From the human T2T-CHM13v2.0 reference genome, Homo sapiens, in NCBI RefSeq assembly GCF_009914755.1, contig NC_060931.1: a stretch of DNA of 64,000 bases. One strand, 5' to 3'. Position numbers and translations under genes: made by a program. A model generated the notes under the pieces. It was not told the DNA's origin. It saw nothing but the letters and a program-made list of their open reading frames with translations, and did not search any database. Within the stretch, counting starts at the first letter, position 1. The number at the start of each line of letters is the position of its first letter. Of the stretch, positions 45,100-59,200 are shown piece after piece.

Positions 45100-46200
45100 T
45101 GACATTCTCTCATTCATCCACTCAAAAGTTATTGAGTAATTTGCTGTGTCCCGGGCATTGTTTAACGATGGTTGGGGGTAGCGGGGAGTTGTTTAAGGAT
45201 GGTTGGGGGTGGTGGGGAGGTACGTAGTAGTGAACGTAACAAAGTCCTCATGGAATGTACCTTGTTGTGAGAGGAAATGAACAATAAACTAACGGAGTGT
45301 ATGTTTGTTTTCAGTGGTGTTAAATTCTGTAAAGAGAAATAATACAGGGAATAGGGAAAGAGAGTGAGCATGGCAAAGGATGTTACACAGGGGATTAGGG
45401 AGGAGTAGATGAGCAGGTACTGTGGAGATGCTGGAATGGAGGCCTGATGAAGGGAGAGCCAGAGGCCCAGAGATGTCTGGGGGTGCACATTCCTGGCAGT
45501 GGGAGTAGGGAGTGCAGAGGCCCCGAGGCAGGGTTGTGATGGGCGGGCAGGAGGAAGAGCCAGGAGTCCAGGGTTGCTGGACCCAAGGGAAAAGGAGGCA
45601 ATGGTGGGAGAAGGAAGTCATGGAAGGTTTGGCAGAGGGGATGTGATCTGATTTAGAGTTCTTTTCATTTTCTTCTTTGTTTGGAGACAGGGTCTCACTA
45701 CATTGCCCAGGCTGGTCTCCAACTCCTGGCCTAGAGTGATCCTCCTGCCTCAGCCTCCCAATGTGCTGGGATTACAGGCATAAGCCACCATGTGCATCCC
45801 TGATTTAGGTTTTTTTAAAGGTTTCTCTGGCTGCTCTGTGGAGAGCAGAATGTAAGATAGAAGTCAGGAGACCTGATAGACCAGGTAAGAGATACTGGTG
45901 GCTGAGGCTGGGAAGATAGCAGTGGGAGACTGAGAAGTGGTCAGAGGACAGGGCAGATTTTGAAGCCAGCATTGTCTGGATTTAGACAGCTTGCATTTCA
46001 GCATTGGCTGGATTGTACCTGAGGAGTGTGAAGAATCATTAAGGATGCCTCTAGGTGTTCAGTCTGGTACCTGAAAGAATAGAGTTACCATCTACGGAGA
46101 TGGGGAAGAGCACATTTAAGGCTGGGATAATCAAGAACTTGTTTTTGGAGGTGGGCTTGAGATGCATATTAGATATCCATGTAGACAGAGATAGTTGAGG
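45100..46200 (-). mobile_element. L2 LINE fragment carrying a FLAM monomer (45661-45799)
   Basis: cattcatccactcaaaagttattgag (L2 3' end, antisense); ctggctgctctgtggagag; FLAM TSD ctgatttag. Confidence 0.7.
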
Positions 46201-47208
46201 AAAGCAACCCACCAGCACTCATTGTTAGATTTTCTGTGTGTTACAAATGGGAAACATATTCCCCTTGTCTTGTTTCATCAAGAGTGTTATATTAACATCT
46301 CTTCTTTCTCTAGGGCTTTTGCAATTAAACACACAGCCCAAACCACCAGGACTGAACTTTCTCAATGAGAAGAGGAGGGGAATTAGCTGGACATGCTGCA
46401 GTGAAGGCTGTAGGTAGTAGAGTCACAGGAGCTCTTGCAAATTAGACACATCTAAGTGACACTGTCAAAATCTGGGAGCAGGGAGGGAGGAAGGTGGCCA
46501 TGTGTATTTGAAAAAAATCCCCAGGCAATACTGGTAGTATTCTTCTCTCTTGACATTTTTCTGCAAACATTGTAATAAAGCTTTCCATAATTTTAAGTTG
46601 AACACCCTTCTTAAAGAGAAAATGTGCACTGTGTTTGGTAAATACAGTCTTTGCTAGGAAAGGGAAATATACAGACTAGAAGATGAGATGTCACAAGGCA
46701 GAGCTTTGAGGCCCCGCTCTCCACTCACTCATCCTGTGGCCCCAGGCTAGTTCCTCCCTCAGTGCCCAGGCTTGTCTCTGAGTGGAGCCTTTATTTGACT
46801 CCCAGAGCCCAGGAGGATTGTGAGATGTGATAGCTGATAAAGCCTCTTATAAATTGGAAAATGCTGTGCAAAGGTTTTGTTGTCATTATTCACCCACCCT
46901 CTCTTGTCAGAGACATTTTTCTAAAAGTCCATTTTGCCCTGTTATTCTCCACTCTTCTGACAAATGTGCAGTGGTTCATCTCACCCACTGTTGGTAATTC
47001 AGCTCAAAGACAAATTCTTCTGCTGACATTCAGGGCTCCCCAGACCTGGCCCCAGCCTACCTCTCTTGCCTTATTCTTATATTTTAGTTACGGGGATATC
47101 CAGGTGCGCTATACGCAGTCAAATACAAGCTCCACACAGGCAGGGCCTTTTGTCTCTTTAACTCACCAATTTATCCCATGGCCTACAACAGTGCCTGGCT
47201 GGTACTAG

Positions 47209-47568
<360 letters not shown>

Positions 47569-47802
47569 TCCAGCACTTTCTAATGCTGTCCCTACATGCA
47601 GTGGCAGCTCTACCCTTACAGGGGTTGGGTTCCAGACTCTTTATGAGACCTCCCTGATGTTCTTACTTGTCTGAATGATAGCTTGGACTTTAGGAGGTCA
47701 TGGGCTAGTGTGGAAGAGGAGGAACGAGGACCCTGGGGACAGTAATCCAGCCACCATTGGTAGATCAGGCATATGCCCATTGGCCTGGCCCATAGGTGGT
47801 TC

Positions 47803-48829
47803 TATTAACAGAAGAACAGAACTCTGTAAAATATTTAAAGAGGTTTATTCTGAGCCAATATAAGTGACCACTGCCTGGAAAACAATCTCAAGAGGTCCTG
47901 AGAAAGTGTGGCCCAGGTGGTTACAGTTTGGTTTTATACATTTTAGGGAGACAGGAGTTACAGGAAAGGACATAAATCAGTACATGGAAGGTGTACACTG
48001 GTTAGGCAGGAAAAGGCAGGACATCTTGAAGTGGGGGCTTGCAAGTCATAGATGGGTTTTAGGGATTCTTTAGTTGACAATTGGTTGAGAGAGTTGAGCT
48101 TTGTCTAAAGACTTGAAGTCAGTAGAAAGGAAAGCTTGAGTTAGGATAAAGCGGGTTGTGGAGGCCAAGGCCTTTGTTATGTAGATGAAGCCTTATCGGT
48201 AGAAGGCTTCAGAAAGACAGATTGTAAATGTCTCTTTTCAGAACTTAAGGTGTCAGACTCTTACTTAATCTCTCCTAGATCTAAGAAAGGTCTGGAAAGT
48301 GAAGGCCTGTCTGCATTCATGTAGATTCTCTACAGATGCAGATTTCCCCCTCAAAAGACAGCTTTGCAGGGCCATTTCAAAAGATGTCAAAGACATATAT
48401 TTGGGGGTAAAATATTTTTATTTTCTCCAGGGTCTGCTATCTGTCATGTGATGTTATACCACAGTCAGTTTGGAAAGTAAGCCACATGACACCAAGATAA
48501 ATTTTAAAAGCCTGTTTAATGAGATTTTATGGTTTGTAGGGTGTGACTTGCATTGCATGGCTTTAGGTTTTGTTTATAATTTGGTATTGGTATCTTATTG
48601 CCACAAAGAGCCTGTTCTGTCTATAAAATAGAGGTCTTGTGATTTTTAACCTCAATGCTGGTTAGCTGTGCCTAAACTCCAGAAGGGAGGGGGTATAACG
48701 AGGCATGTCTGGCCTCCCTTCTTGTCATGGATGGGAATTCCATTTTTCAGGTTTCTCTGGGGTCATCCTGGCCAAGAGGGGGTCCATCCCGTCAGTTGGG
48801 CAATGTCTGAATTTTATTTTTGGTTTACA
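47803..48829 (-). mobile_element. MER4-family (MER4D/E-like) ERV1 solo LTR
   Basis: gaggtttattctgagccaa...ggttttatacattttagggagacagg...ttttatttttggtttaca; degenerate 4-bp TSD gttc/gtcc. Confidence 0.8.
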
Positions 48830-49206
48830 GTCCCTAGGAGCTTGACAGGGACGTCATAACGTCCAGAGCCCCAGTGACAAGTAGTAGGGGATAGTCCATG
48901 CAGTCAGAGGGTCTCTGAAGCCAACAGGGAGTCCCCCACATGAGTGCCCATGGTGGGGCCCAGGGAGGCAGTGCTTGGGATCCAAGCCAGCTGTTGTCAT
49001 GGTGGAGACCTAAGAGCCATGGTGGAACGAAGTTCCAGGAGCAGTTTTCAGTCCAGGGAGAATAGCAGGACGAGGCAGGGACCCCATCCCAGAGGAGCCA
49101 GGATGAAGTTTCCATCAAGAGAAGACTGCATATGGAGAATACTCACAGTGGTAACATGAACCATTGCCAAGAGAACCCCACCTCAGTTCCCTTTACTGTT
49201 TAGATC

Positions 49207-50410
49207 TGCAGGGGGGAAAAATAGTTTTCTCCTCCACGCTGTTATATGTACAATGTTTATTTAGAAACAGAATGCTTGTTCCGTGGTGCTGCAAAGAAAT
49301 AGCACTCGAACATAAATTTAGTTCTCTCAGCAAGGCAATTTTTACTTTCTGCAGAAAGGGTACACCTGCTAGCAGTCTTGCTACGAGAGTACACTGAACA
49401 AAGGAAAAGCAGACATATTTATCCTTTACGCATTTGGATCATCCTTACTGCTGTGTCTTGCATCCATTGGCTGGAGCTAGACTTCACAATCTAAACTGAA
49501 TTTGATTGGCTAACAGTTTAAAACTTTTTTTAAATAGGTAAAGGCAAGGGAGAACAAAGGAAAAGAGGAAGTTGCTTATGCCAAGTAGGGAAGGGACATA
49601 GGCTGCAAGCTGGAACGTTCCTGTGAGCATGTCCTGCACAAATATCTTGGTTAAAGTACAAGGACATAGAATGTACTTATTCCTTTATATTTAGCAGCTA
49701 CATAGGATAGGGCTTAACAAAGAGTTATTAGCACAAAGCAAGGAAACTTGAAGGAAGTTAGTCTTTAAAAGAAACTACTATTTCTAACACTTACGATTTA
49801 TTCTTCAACAACAAAGGAAACTTTGAAGAGGAAACTTTTTACTTTCTACAGTTCTTTATGAATTCTTAGCTGGGACTCCCTCTAACAAAAGACAGATTAA
49901 CATTAACAAGAGAAAAACAAACAGAAGTTTAATAATGTATATCTCATCTGTTCATGGGGGAAAACTCAGAGAAATGGGTAAATCTCGAGTAGATTTCAAA
50001 GTATTATCTTAGAAGTCAGGCTTAAATAACATCGTTCTCCAATACAAAGAGAGAAGGGCCTAGGGAAAGGCCCAGTTAAGATTAGGAGGCCAGGAAAAGC
50101 ACTTTAAACAAAGGTAAGGCTTTTTATGCAGTTTTAAGTCCCTGCCTTCTCCATTAATTCAGTCTCTAGTGATTCAGGGTCACCCTTCTCTTCCTGGGGC
50201 TGAGAGAGAGAAACTCTTACAAATGGAGATTTCCTTTATAGATGTAAATTTCTCTTACAAAAGGGTAACAGTTTCAGAGCTTCTCTGCATCTGCAGTTTC
50301 TCAAAATAAACAGCTCGAAATAATCCTTATGCCAAAGAGGCATATTTTGGGGTGGCATATTCTGGTCTCCTACAGTCATATCTTAGGATAATGTGTCCTA
50401 AGCCCCATCA
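49207..50410 (-). mobile_element. MER34/MER39-group ERV1 LTR, split by a nested LTR10
   Basis: aaaagacagattaac...ccaaagaggcatattttggggtggcatattctggtctcctaca...ccccatca. Confidence 0.65.
49240..49850 (-). mobile_element. LTR10-family (LTR10C-like, HERV-I) solo LTR
   Basis: Ends ctttgaagaggaaactttttactttctaca (reverse complement TGTAGAAAGTAAAAAGTTTCCTCTTCAAAG); gcaaagaaatagcactcgaacataaattt. Confidence 0.7.
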
Positions 50411-50979
50411 CAACCAGCCAGGATGGTTATTCACCTGATGAAATGGAGGCTCAGAGAGGCCAACTAGCTTTCATAAGAACACATTGCTAGTTAAGTTTTA
50501 CGGCCAGCACTTGTGCAAAGGTCTGTCCAGACCCAAAGCCCATGCTCTCTCCTCTGTATCACAAGGCCCCTGGAAACCAGCCTTGATAACAAGGCATCAG
50601 GGCAAAGGTGTAGTTATAAGAACAACTGAAGCCCAACTAATACCCAGGGTCACAAAGTCAGAGTAGAATAGAAGCCAGTTGTATTTTTTGCTGTGTCACC
50701 TGAAATTCCCCACCAAGGACTAAGCACAAGTGTGGTCCAGAGCCTGAGAGGGAGCTCAGGGGACAGCTGAGCAGTAAGTGGCAAGGTGTGAGGAGAGGAG
50801 GACTGGGAACAGAGCTAGGAAGGTGACCTTTGGTGACATACCTCTTCCATTCAGCACATGTCACCCAGCACCCGGGGCTCTTCTCTGAAGTTATGCATGT
50901 GAGGCAAACTTTCCTAGCAGGGTGTGAGGGCTTTGTCTTCAGCTCAGCCCCTATGATAGTACAAGGCAAAATCTGGATA

Positions 50980-51758
<779 letters not shown>

Positions 51759-51934
51759 GATACGTGTATCAAATAATGCGCCATTTCTTGTAGCTTCAGT
51801 CCTCAACCTTCAGCATCACATGCCTAAAGGAGTGCTCCAGATCTGAAGAAAGCCTCTAGTGTGGTGGTAGGATTTTGTTTTTTAAATTAGAAACTTTAAT
51901 TTTAGTGCATTATATAACCTTTAAACCCTTAGGG

Positions 51935-52279
51935 CAGGGGTCCTCAACCCCTGGGGCACAGACTGGTACCAGCCCATGGCCTGTTAAAAACTGGGCCACA
52001 CAGCAGGAGGTGAGCAGCAGCAAGCAAGCGTTACCACCTGAGTGCCACCTCCCATCAGACAAGCAGCGACATTAGATTTTCGTAGGAGCATGAACCCTAT
52101 TGTGAACTGCACATCTGAGGGATCTAGGTTGCATGCTCCTTATGAGAACATAAGTAATGCCTGATAATCTGAGGTGGAACAGTTTCATTTTGAAAACACC
52201 CCCCACCACACACACTGTCCTTGGAGAAATTGTCTTCCATGAAATCGATCCCTCGTGCCAAAAAGTTTGGGGACCGCTG
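51935..52279. mobile_element. MER1B hAT-Charlie MITE
   Basis: caggggtcctcaacccc...cagcaggaggtgagc...gaaccctattgtgaactgc...aaaagtttggggaccgctg terminal inverted repeats. Confidence 0.85.
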
Positions 52280-52913
52280 CTGCAGGGGCAAACTCTCATG
52301 TGCATTGCAGTGGAAACCTCTCAGTGAAATGCACTGTTTTCCAAACACTTTGAGCTGCTCACTCCCAAAAGGAAAAAGGGTGCTGCATCTCCTAGGACCA
52401 CAGAGGCTCTGGTGCCTTTGGCATGTCCACTAACTGGCTTTAAGAGCAACGTGTACATCCACACAGGTGACCTGACCACAACAGGGAAGATCTCCAAGAC
52501 AATGGCAATAGTCCTGCAACTAGCTGTTCCCATGGGGGGAGGGGGGAGGATGAGAGAGGGAGGGTGTTTCTAAGATAGCATTTTCTTGGCAGAGAGAGGT
52601 GAAGTGACTCAGCCTCCCAGGAGCCTTCCAGAAGTCCTGGGGAATCAGCTGCCACTGTTGCTGTAAAACTAGCTCCTCCCGGTCTCACTGGATGCAGTCA
52701 GAAAAAAGCAGATTATTCACCTGGCTAATACTTGGCTCCTCGGTCCCCATCCCAGTCCCAGCTTCCAGTTTTGTGGCTGTAGCAACATTTCCTGAAGGGG
52801 TCAGGACTTATTTGATTGAACCTGCTGACATTGGGAGAGCCTAGTCTTTGGTCAGGATTGTGCAGCAGGTGGAAGAGAGTTTAAGCCCAGGTCAGTCTGA
52901 CTTCAAAAGCTTT

Positions 52914-53612
52914 TGTCCCCATAAACCAGAAAGTATCTGAGACGGGTCTCAATCAATTTAGAAAGTTTATTTTGCCAAGGTTAAGGATGCACCTGTGACG
53001 CAGCCTCAGGAGGTCCTCACAACATGAGCCAAGGTGGTCAGGGAACAGCTTGGTTTTATACATTTTAGGGAGACGTGAGACTTCAATCTATATGTGTAAG
53101 ATGTACATTGTATAATATGTAAGATGTACATTGATTCAGTCCGGAAAGCAGGACAACGCCAAGCAGGGAGGGGGCTTCCAGGTCACAGGCAGATAAGAAA
53201 AAAACAGTTACATTCTTTAGAGTTTCTGATTAGCTTTTCACTGAATACACAATTTACAGGAATAGTCACTTATGCCTTAGTCTGGCTTAGTGAAACAATA
53301 GGGCAAAAAAAGAAAAAAATCAGGTATGCATTGTCTCGTGTGAGCAGAGGGACGACTTTGAGTTCTGCCTGTTATTTGTCCACAAGGAATTTCCTTTTGT
53401 GAGAGAGGGAGGGAGGTGTATATCATTTTTATAGTTGTGAGGGAGGTATATAGCTTTTTTATAATTGTGAGGGGGGTATATGGCTTTTTTATCTTTGTAG
53501 CTATCTTATTTAGGAATAGAATAGGAGGCAGGTTGGCCCAAGACAATTCCCAGCATGAATTTTCCCTGTGGCTTAGTGCTTTTAAAGTCCTGAGATTTAT
53601 TTTCCTTTCACT
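52914..53612 (-). mobile_element. MER4A-type ERV1 solo LTR
   Basis: ggtctcaatcaatttagaaagtttattttgccaagg...gagatttattttcctttcac (reverse complement GTGAAAGGAAAATAAATC). Confidence 0.85.
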
Positions 53613-54119
53613 CTCCCAATCTTTATGTTCAGGGATGTTCCACTGTCATGCCATCCTTGATGCAGACACCAATACTGAATACGGAGAAGGTCCCACTCCC
53701 CAGGGGGGCCTGGATCAGCCTGCTGTTGGAGGGAGACTTTCCCTAGAATGAAGACAAGACCAGAGGGCAGGGAGGCAAGAGGCCCAAGGGGGAGGGGAGG
53801 AGTGGTGGAAGAGGGGCTGGTGGCGGCAGTGGAACATCTGCATGACCTACGTATTTTCCAGCTCCTTTAAAGACCTTAGAAGAGACCTTTGTTTATATCC
53901 CACTATCTCTCAGTCTCATAGCTCTAAGCAATAATTCCTACATCACTTTGGTAAGGGAGCTTTTTCATTGTAAGCCCATTTATACTCATACCAGATAAAC
54001 AGAGAAAGATGCAATAAACTGTTTTCCAAAAGTAGTGGCATCTATGACATTGACGTATTGTTTTTAATCATTTTTTAAAAACTCAAATCTATAGACAAAT
54101 TGCTGCTTTTGACTTAGAT

Positions 54120-54500
54120 ATTTTCATTGGCCCATGGTCATGCCTGCTTAATTAGCATTACTTATAATGGAGAAAAATTAAAGAAACCTAAAGTTACAAA
54201 AATAGAATTACCTTGCTAATTATATTATAAATATTCATGTGTTAAAATGTTATGGTTATTGAAATAATTTTGTGATATATTTGTAATCACATAAGAGGAA
54301 TTCTTCTACTATAATAGTTAACCATTTAAAAAAGCAGAATACAAAAATGTGTGGTCCCAACTATCTTGTAAAACGCATGAAGGAAAAATGCAGGAAATAT
54401 TTCTGCATAATTATTCTGGTAGTCTCTGTGTTACATAATTATGGGGCCTTGCTGTTTTTTCTTAATTTTCTGTATTTTTCAAATTTTTAGCATGGACTGG
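54120..54500 (+). mobile_element. Old L1ME-type 3' fragment
   Basis: agcattacttataatggagaaaaattaaagaaacctaaag; AT-rich and diverged. Confidence 0.45.
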
Positions 54501-55956
54501 TTTTCCTCAAAAGTCCCGACTCTGGACTTCTCTCAGGCCTTTGGAATTTGCAGAGTGTGGCTCAGCTTTTCTTGTTGCCCAGGAAGGTCTATGGTGTGTC
54601 CTCCTAGTGGTGACAGTGAGGCCCCTGGTTCATGACAAGACACACACTCATGAATGCTCAACTCTGAACTTGGCGGCGCAGCTGTGGACGCAGCTGCGGA
54701 AGCCTCAAGTTGAAACATGAGCCCTCCTCTCTCCTCTCTCAACCCTGGTGCTCTGATGTCCAAGGAAAATTTATCCATGTCACTTTTGTTTGTCTTAATT
54801 CAGGTTTATGGCTCCTTTGCATCATTCTGGATTGAGAAATGAGGCCAAATGCGAACTAATGGAAAAAAGTAAGGCTGATGAGTTCATTTAGAAATGAACT
54901 GTTCCAACAACGTTCTTCTTGACATCTCTCAAGAGGGCCAGCCGTTCAGGGTGCACTTTGCGGCCTCCACAGCTCTGCTCCTTGCTGGAAACATCCCCCT
55001 TCTGTGTCCTCCACTTGCCCAAGTCTGACCTGTGCCTTCAAGGCACTTAACATGCAGTTGTTGTTGAAATATCTCAAGGTGACTATACCTCCCCTTTGCA
55101 GCTTTTTGTGACAACCACCAATTAGAGACAGTGATGGCCTCCTTCTGAGTGCTTGCCTGCTGGTCAGAACCAGGCTGAGCTGATGCTTGGTAAAATATAG
55201 CTGCCTGGGCCCCATCCAGCCTATTGAATTAGAATCTCCAGGAAGAAGGCTGTTTTATTTTTAATTTTGTTTTCATCTCATGCATTCAGCTTTTTCTGCC
55301 TCATTTGTTTTGACCTGAGAACAGAGATCATATGCTGAACAACAGCTAGCCCAGAGCTTTACAAACAATAGATATTCAATGGATGTTTGTTCAATTGAAC
55401 TGAATTAGATACAGTCAGAGCAAGGGCACATTTCAGTCCTTAAGTTGGAACCCTTGCCAAAATGTCACAATTACACTTGTTTGTTTGTTTATTTATTTCT
55501 AACACTTCCTAATCAGCAGGTAGAAATTTATTAATTATGAAAATTGCTTTTTATCATCTTTCAGATTGTTTTTGCATGCTGCAAAACAATGTCTTCTGTG
55601 GACATTGAGACTGTGGATGTGTGTGGCCAGTAGTCTCTAGGGATAGTACTCAGAGTGGTAGCCAAGGAGAAGAGTGGTTCAGGCACACTCAGAAGGTGCC
55701 ATTCTCCAAGGTGGTTGGCAGGGATGTCCAGGCACCAGTCACAGCAAGGATCCATCATGCCTCCGCTGCTCCTGTAATCGAGATGAAAATTACTGCCCAG
55801 ATTTTGATGGACACTCTAAGACTGAAAAATACAGCTGCATTGGGTTTGGCTCTAAGGATTCTTCTCCAGTGTGTTTATAAGATGGCAATTTAAACATATA
55901 TACAGTGGAGTCACTAGAAAACAACATAGTGATTTTTCTAAAAAAAAACTAAATTG

Positions 55957-56262
55957 GGTCAGGCATGGTGGCTCACGCCTATACTCCCAGCACTTTGAGA
56001 GGCCAAAGCAGGAGGATTACTGGAGGCCAGGAGTTGAAGACCAATCTGGGCAGCATAGAGAGACCTGTCTCTAGAAAAACATTTTTTTAAATTAGCCAGA
56101 CATGATAGTACATGACGGTGGTCCCAACTACTCAAAAAGCTGAGGCAGAAGGATAGCTTGAGCCAGGAATTCGAGGTTGCAGTGAGCTTTAGTGGCACCA
56201 CTGAACTCCAGCCAGGGTGACAGGGTGAGACCCTGTTTCTGGGGAAAAATAGGAAAAAAAAC
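55957..56262 (+). mobile_element. AluJ-type SINE
   Basis: ggtcaggcatggtggctcacgcc...gccaggaattcgaggttgcagtgagc. Confidence 0.9.
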
Positions 56263-59200
56263 AATTTAGATTGGATAGGACTTAGAGTATGTGCCCTGGT
56301 ACCTTTATATTCTAGTTGGAATAGAGTGCACCATTCGCCCTTTCTGGAATATTCACCCCACTCTCTCCCTGCAGTGGTGCTTTCTTCTAACAACCTCATT
56401 TTGGCAATTAGGTATGGAAAACTCCATAGAATATTTGGAGTTATTAAATTTTCACGCGAATAAGTCCTAAATCTCCAGGGCAGAGGCCATCATTTCTATT
56501 TCAGTTCATTTTCCAGGGTTTGGCATGTGCATTTGTTGACTGAATAAATAAATGAAGCCCTGCTGGGAAATGCACCCTTAGCAGTTTACAGTCCCCCTGA
56601 CATGTGCTTCTAACTGCCTCCAAGTAGTATTAATAAAGCAGTAGTCATATGCCAGCCTCCGACTGGGGATCATAATTGAGGCACTGACATGATGAGTTTA
56701 TCTCTGATAACCGATGGCAATGAGACCTGTCCTTTGCAAAGAGCAAAGCCCTAGTCTTGCAGTGTGTGAGGCATTAAGACTCAGTAGCATGTACCTGTGG
56801 CTCTAGCTTCCTCAGCACTGATGTTTCCTCTTGGAAAAACCCAAATTACTTTCATTGTCTCACTTTCCTTTTAATACTTAGTCTCTTGGAGCTTTGTAGA
56901 AAGCCTGAGAAGCAGTGTGAATGGCAAGTCAGGGGCCTCGCTGCAATGAGCTGGTCTCCATTGCCACCACTTACCACGAGGTGCAGGCTCTGTCTGCCGC
57001 CCCCACATCTCGAGGCTCCTTTCACAGCTCTTATTCTCTGGAGCGAGACCGCACTTTAATCTCTGCTGTTTTCCGCATACAAGGTAAAAAATGGAAAATT
57101 AGAGATGTTATCTGAATAATTAATTCAAGCCTCAAATGAAAAGGAAATTCTAAAATATCCAGATCATTGAGACTTCTGAGTTTCTATTAGTCTGGACATA
57201 GATGGCTTGTCTTGTAACCAGTGGAAATGGCAGTGAGTGCCCTTGAATCTATTACCGTATCCTCGAGGCCAGAGATGTCTAAGCATCAGCTTACAAGTGA
57301 AAAATGTCTTAGTGAGATGATAATCATCGGTTTGCCATCTGATAATTGCTACAGAGAGTCAAGGAGGTAGTACCAATTCAACTGTTTATCTCATGGAATT
57401 TAATGTGAACCTATACTACACTGTTGAGCAAAGATTCCACGAGGCCGGAATCGGTGGGAGAGGCCGTGGGGCTGGTACCTTCCCGGTATCTTTGGTGTAT
57501 ATTTGGTGCATCTTTGGTGTATCAGAGACAAGCTTAGGAGATGGTCACGGGCATCTAAGCAATAGAGATGGACTGCACGAAAACCGTGCCTTTTCCCTCA
57601 TCTGTAAAATTGAAAATACTGTCCAAAATCCCACAGCAGACTATAGCTTTTGTCCGTGAGTTCAAAGGTTCCAAGTTTAGTCCTGCATAATTGAGAAAAA
57701 GACTTAAAAAAAAAAGTTTCCAAACTGCCTCAATTGTTGTCCCTTCCTTTTAGCTCTGAAAAATCAGAAAGATTAGCTGTGTGGAAAATGTCAGAAGAGA
57801 CTTTCTGTTAAATATGTTAAAGAATTTCAGCAGTAAGTGTCGCCTGAGACGTTTAAGAAATCATAGTAGCTAAGTGTCCCCTTCCTTTTAATGTTCTTCT
57901 AGAACCCAGTGAAACTTTGGACTGAGGTGATTCCTCCACACTCCCAGCCCACATCACAGAGTCTTAGTGATCATTTCTCCTTTGCTGTCAGAGCTGAGTA
58001 TCAAATCCCATTTTTTTGTTTTCAAAATAGAATTGTTCCTTTCTTTTACCATTCCCCTGAATAATTGCTAATAAAGCAATATGCCACTCATCTAGGTCAC
58101 CTGATTTGCTGGTTTTGATCACAGGGATATCTTGATGCTGTTGGACTTTTCCCCATGGAGCTCTTACTCTGTTAGACAGGTGTCCATTCTGCTGTGGCTC
58201 ACTTAAAAAGCAAGGCTTTGTCTTTGCCTCGTTGTGATTTCTTTCTTCTATCAATGTTGAGAGCTTGACGGAGGTGCTGGTGGGTTAATTCTCCTCCTTA
58301 TCCTTTCAATTCCCCCATTCTATCCTAAATCACTACAGATAGGCCTATTCTATACATATATTGCCAGTTCTTCCTTATTTCCTTCCTCTTCCAATAGGAA
58401 TCTCTTGAGGTAAACCACCTCTGCCAGTCCTCCTATCACAGCCTGCTGCTGAGATGGTGCAGCCTGGTGTGGCTAAGGCGTGTGGCAGCCAGAATTGGAA
58501 CTGAGTGACAGTTAGAGCTAGAAAGAGCACAAGAGTGGGCAGAGTGATGACAGGGAAGGAACCTGGGAAGGAACGTGCTACCTGTGGCCCCATCTGGAAT
58601 ATGAACTGGCTTTGTCTCCTTTCAAGGGTGGAAGAGGGATAGAAGAGGGTGGAAGAAGGGTGGAAGGAGCGAGAGATTCCTTTATATTGCCAATATAGGT
58701 ATGAAATGTAGGAGAGAGAGATGACTTTATATTGCTAACGGCCATGCCTGCTTCACTCTTCATCATGGCTCTAAGTTGCTCTCATAAATGCTCTGAGACA
58801 TCAACACTGAATTTATATCAGATATGGCCGTGTTCATCCGGGGCACTTTGATCACAAAAGGAAAGTGCTGCTGCTGCTGGTTCAACCCCACTGTGTACTG
58901 ATGATGGGCATTATGGTTCATAATCCCAATGACTGGCACACTTATCAGAGCTGCAGTCCAACATGGGGCCTTCTTCTGGCTTGATGGGTGATCTGGAAAA
59001 GCAGGTACGATGACCTCCCACACTGATGTGAGAGCTGCACACTGTCCCTGCACCCGCCCAGGAGCCGCCCCTGCTACTTTGTCAGTAACTTCTGCCACGG
59101 TGCCACTTGTTTAGACTTGAGGGACCACTTGATTGGTAAAGCTTCTCCCTGCATGTAGACCTTGGCATTCAGGAGAGCTATACTTGGGCTCCCCAAGACA

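Noticed and set aside
55621-55893. 90-aa and 68-aa ORFs after the splice acceptor as a coding exon
   Set aside because: No recognisable domain or homology, and early stops in the frames checked directly after the acceptor
57487-57523. ATCTTTGGTGT resemblance to the CFTR F508 region, or a CRISPR-like array
   Set aside because: An 11-nt match is chance; the units are contiguous with no spacers, in primate DNA with no cas genes
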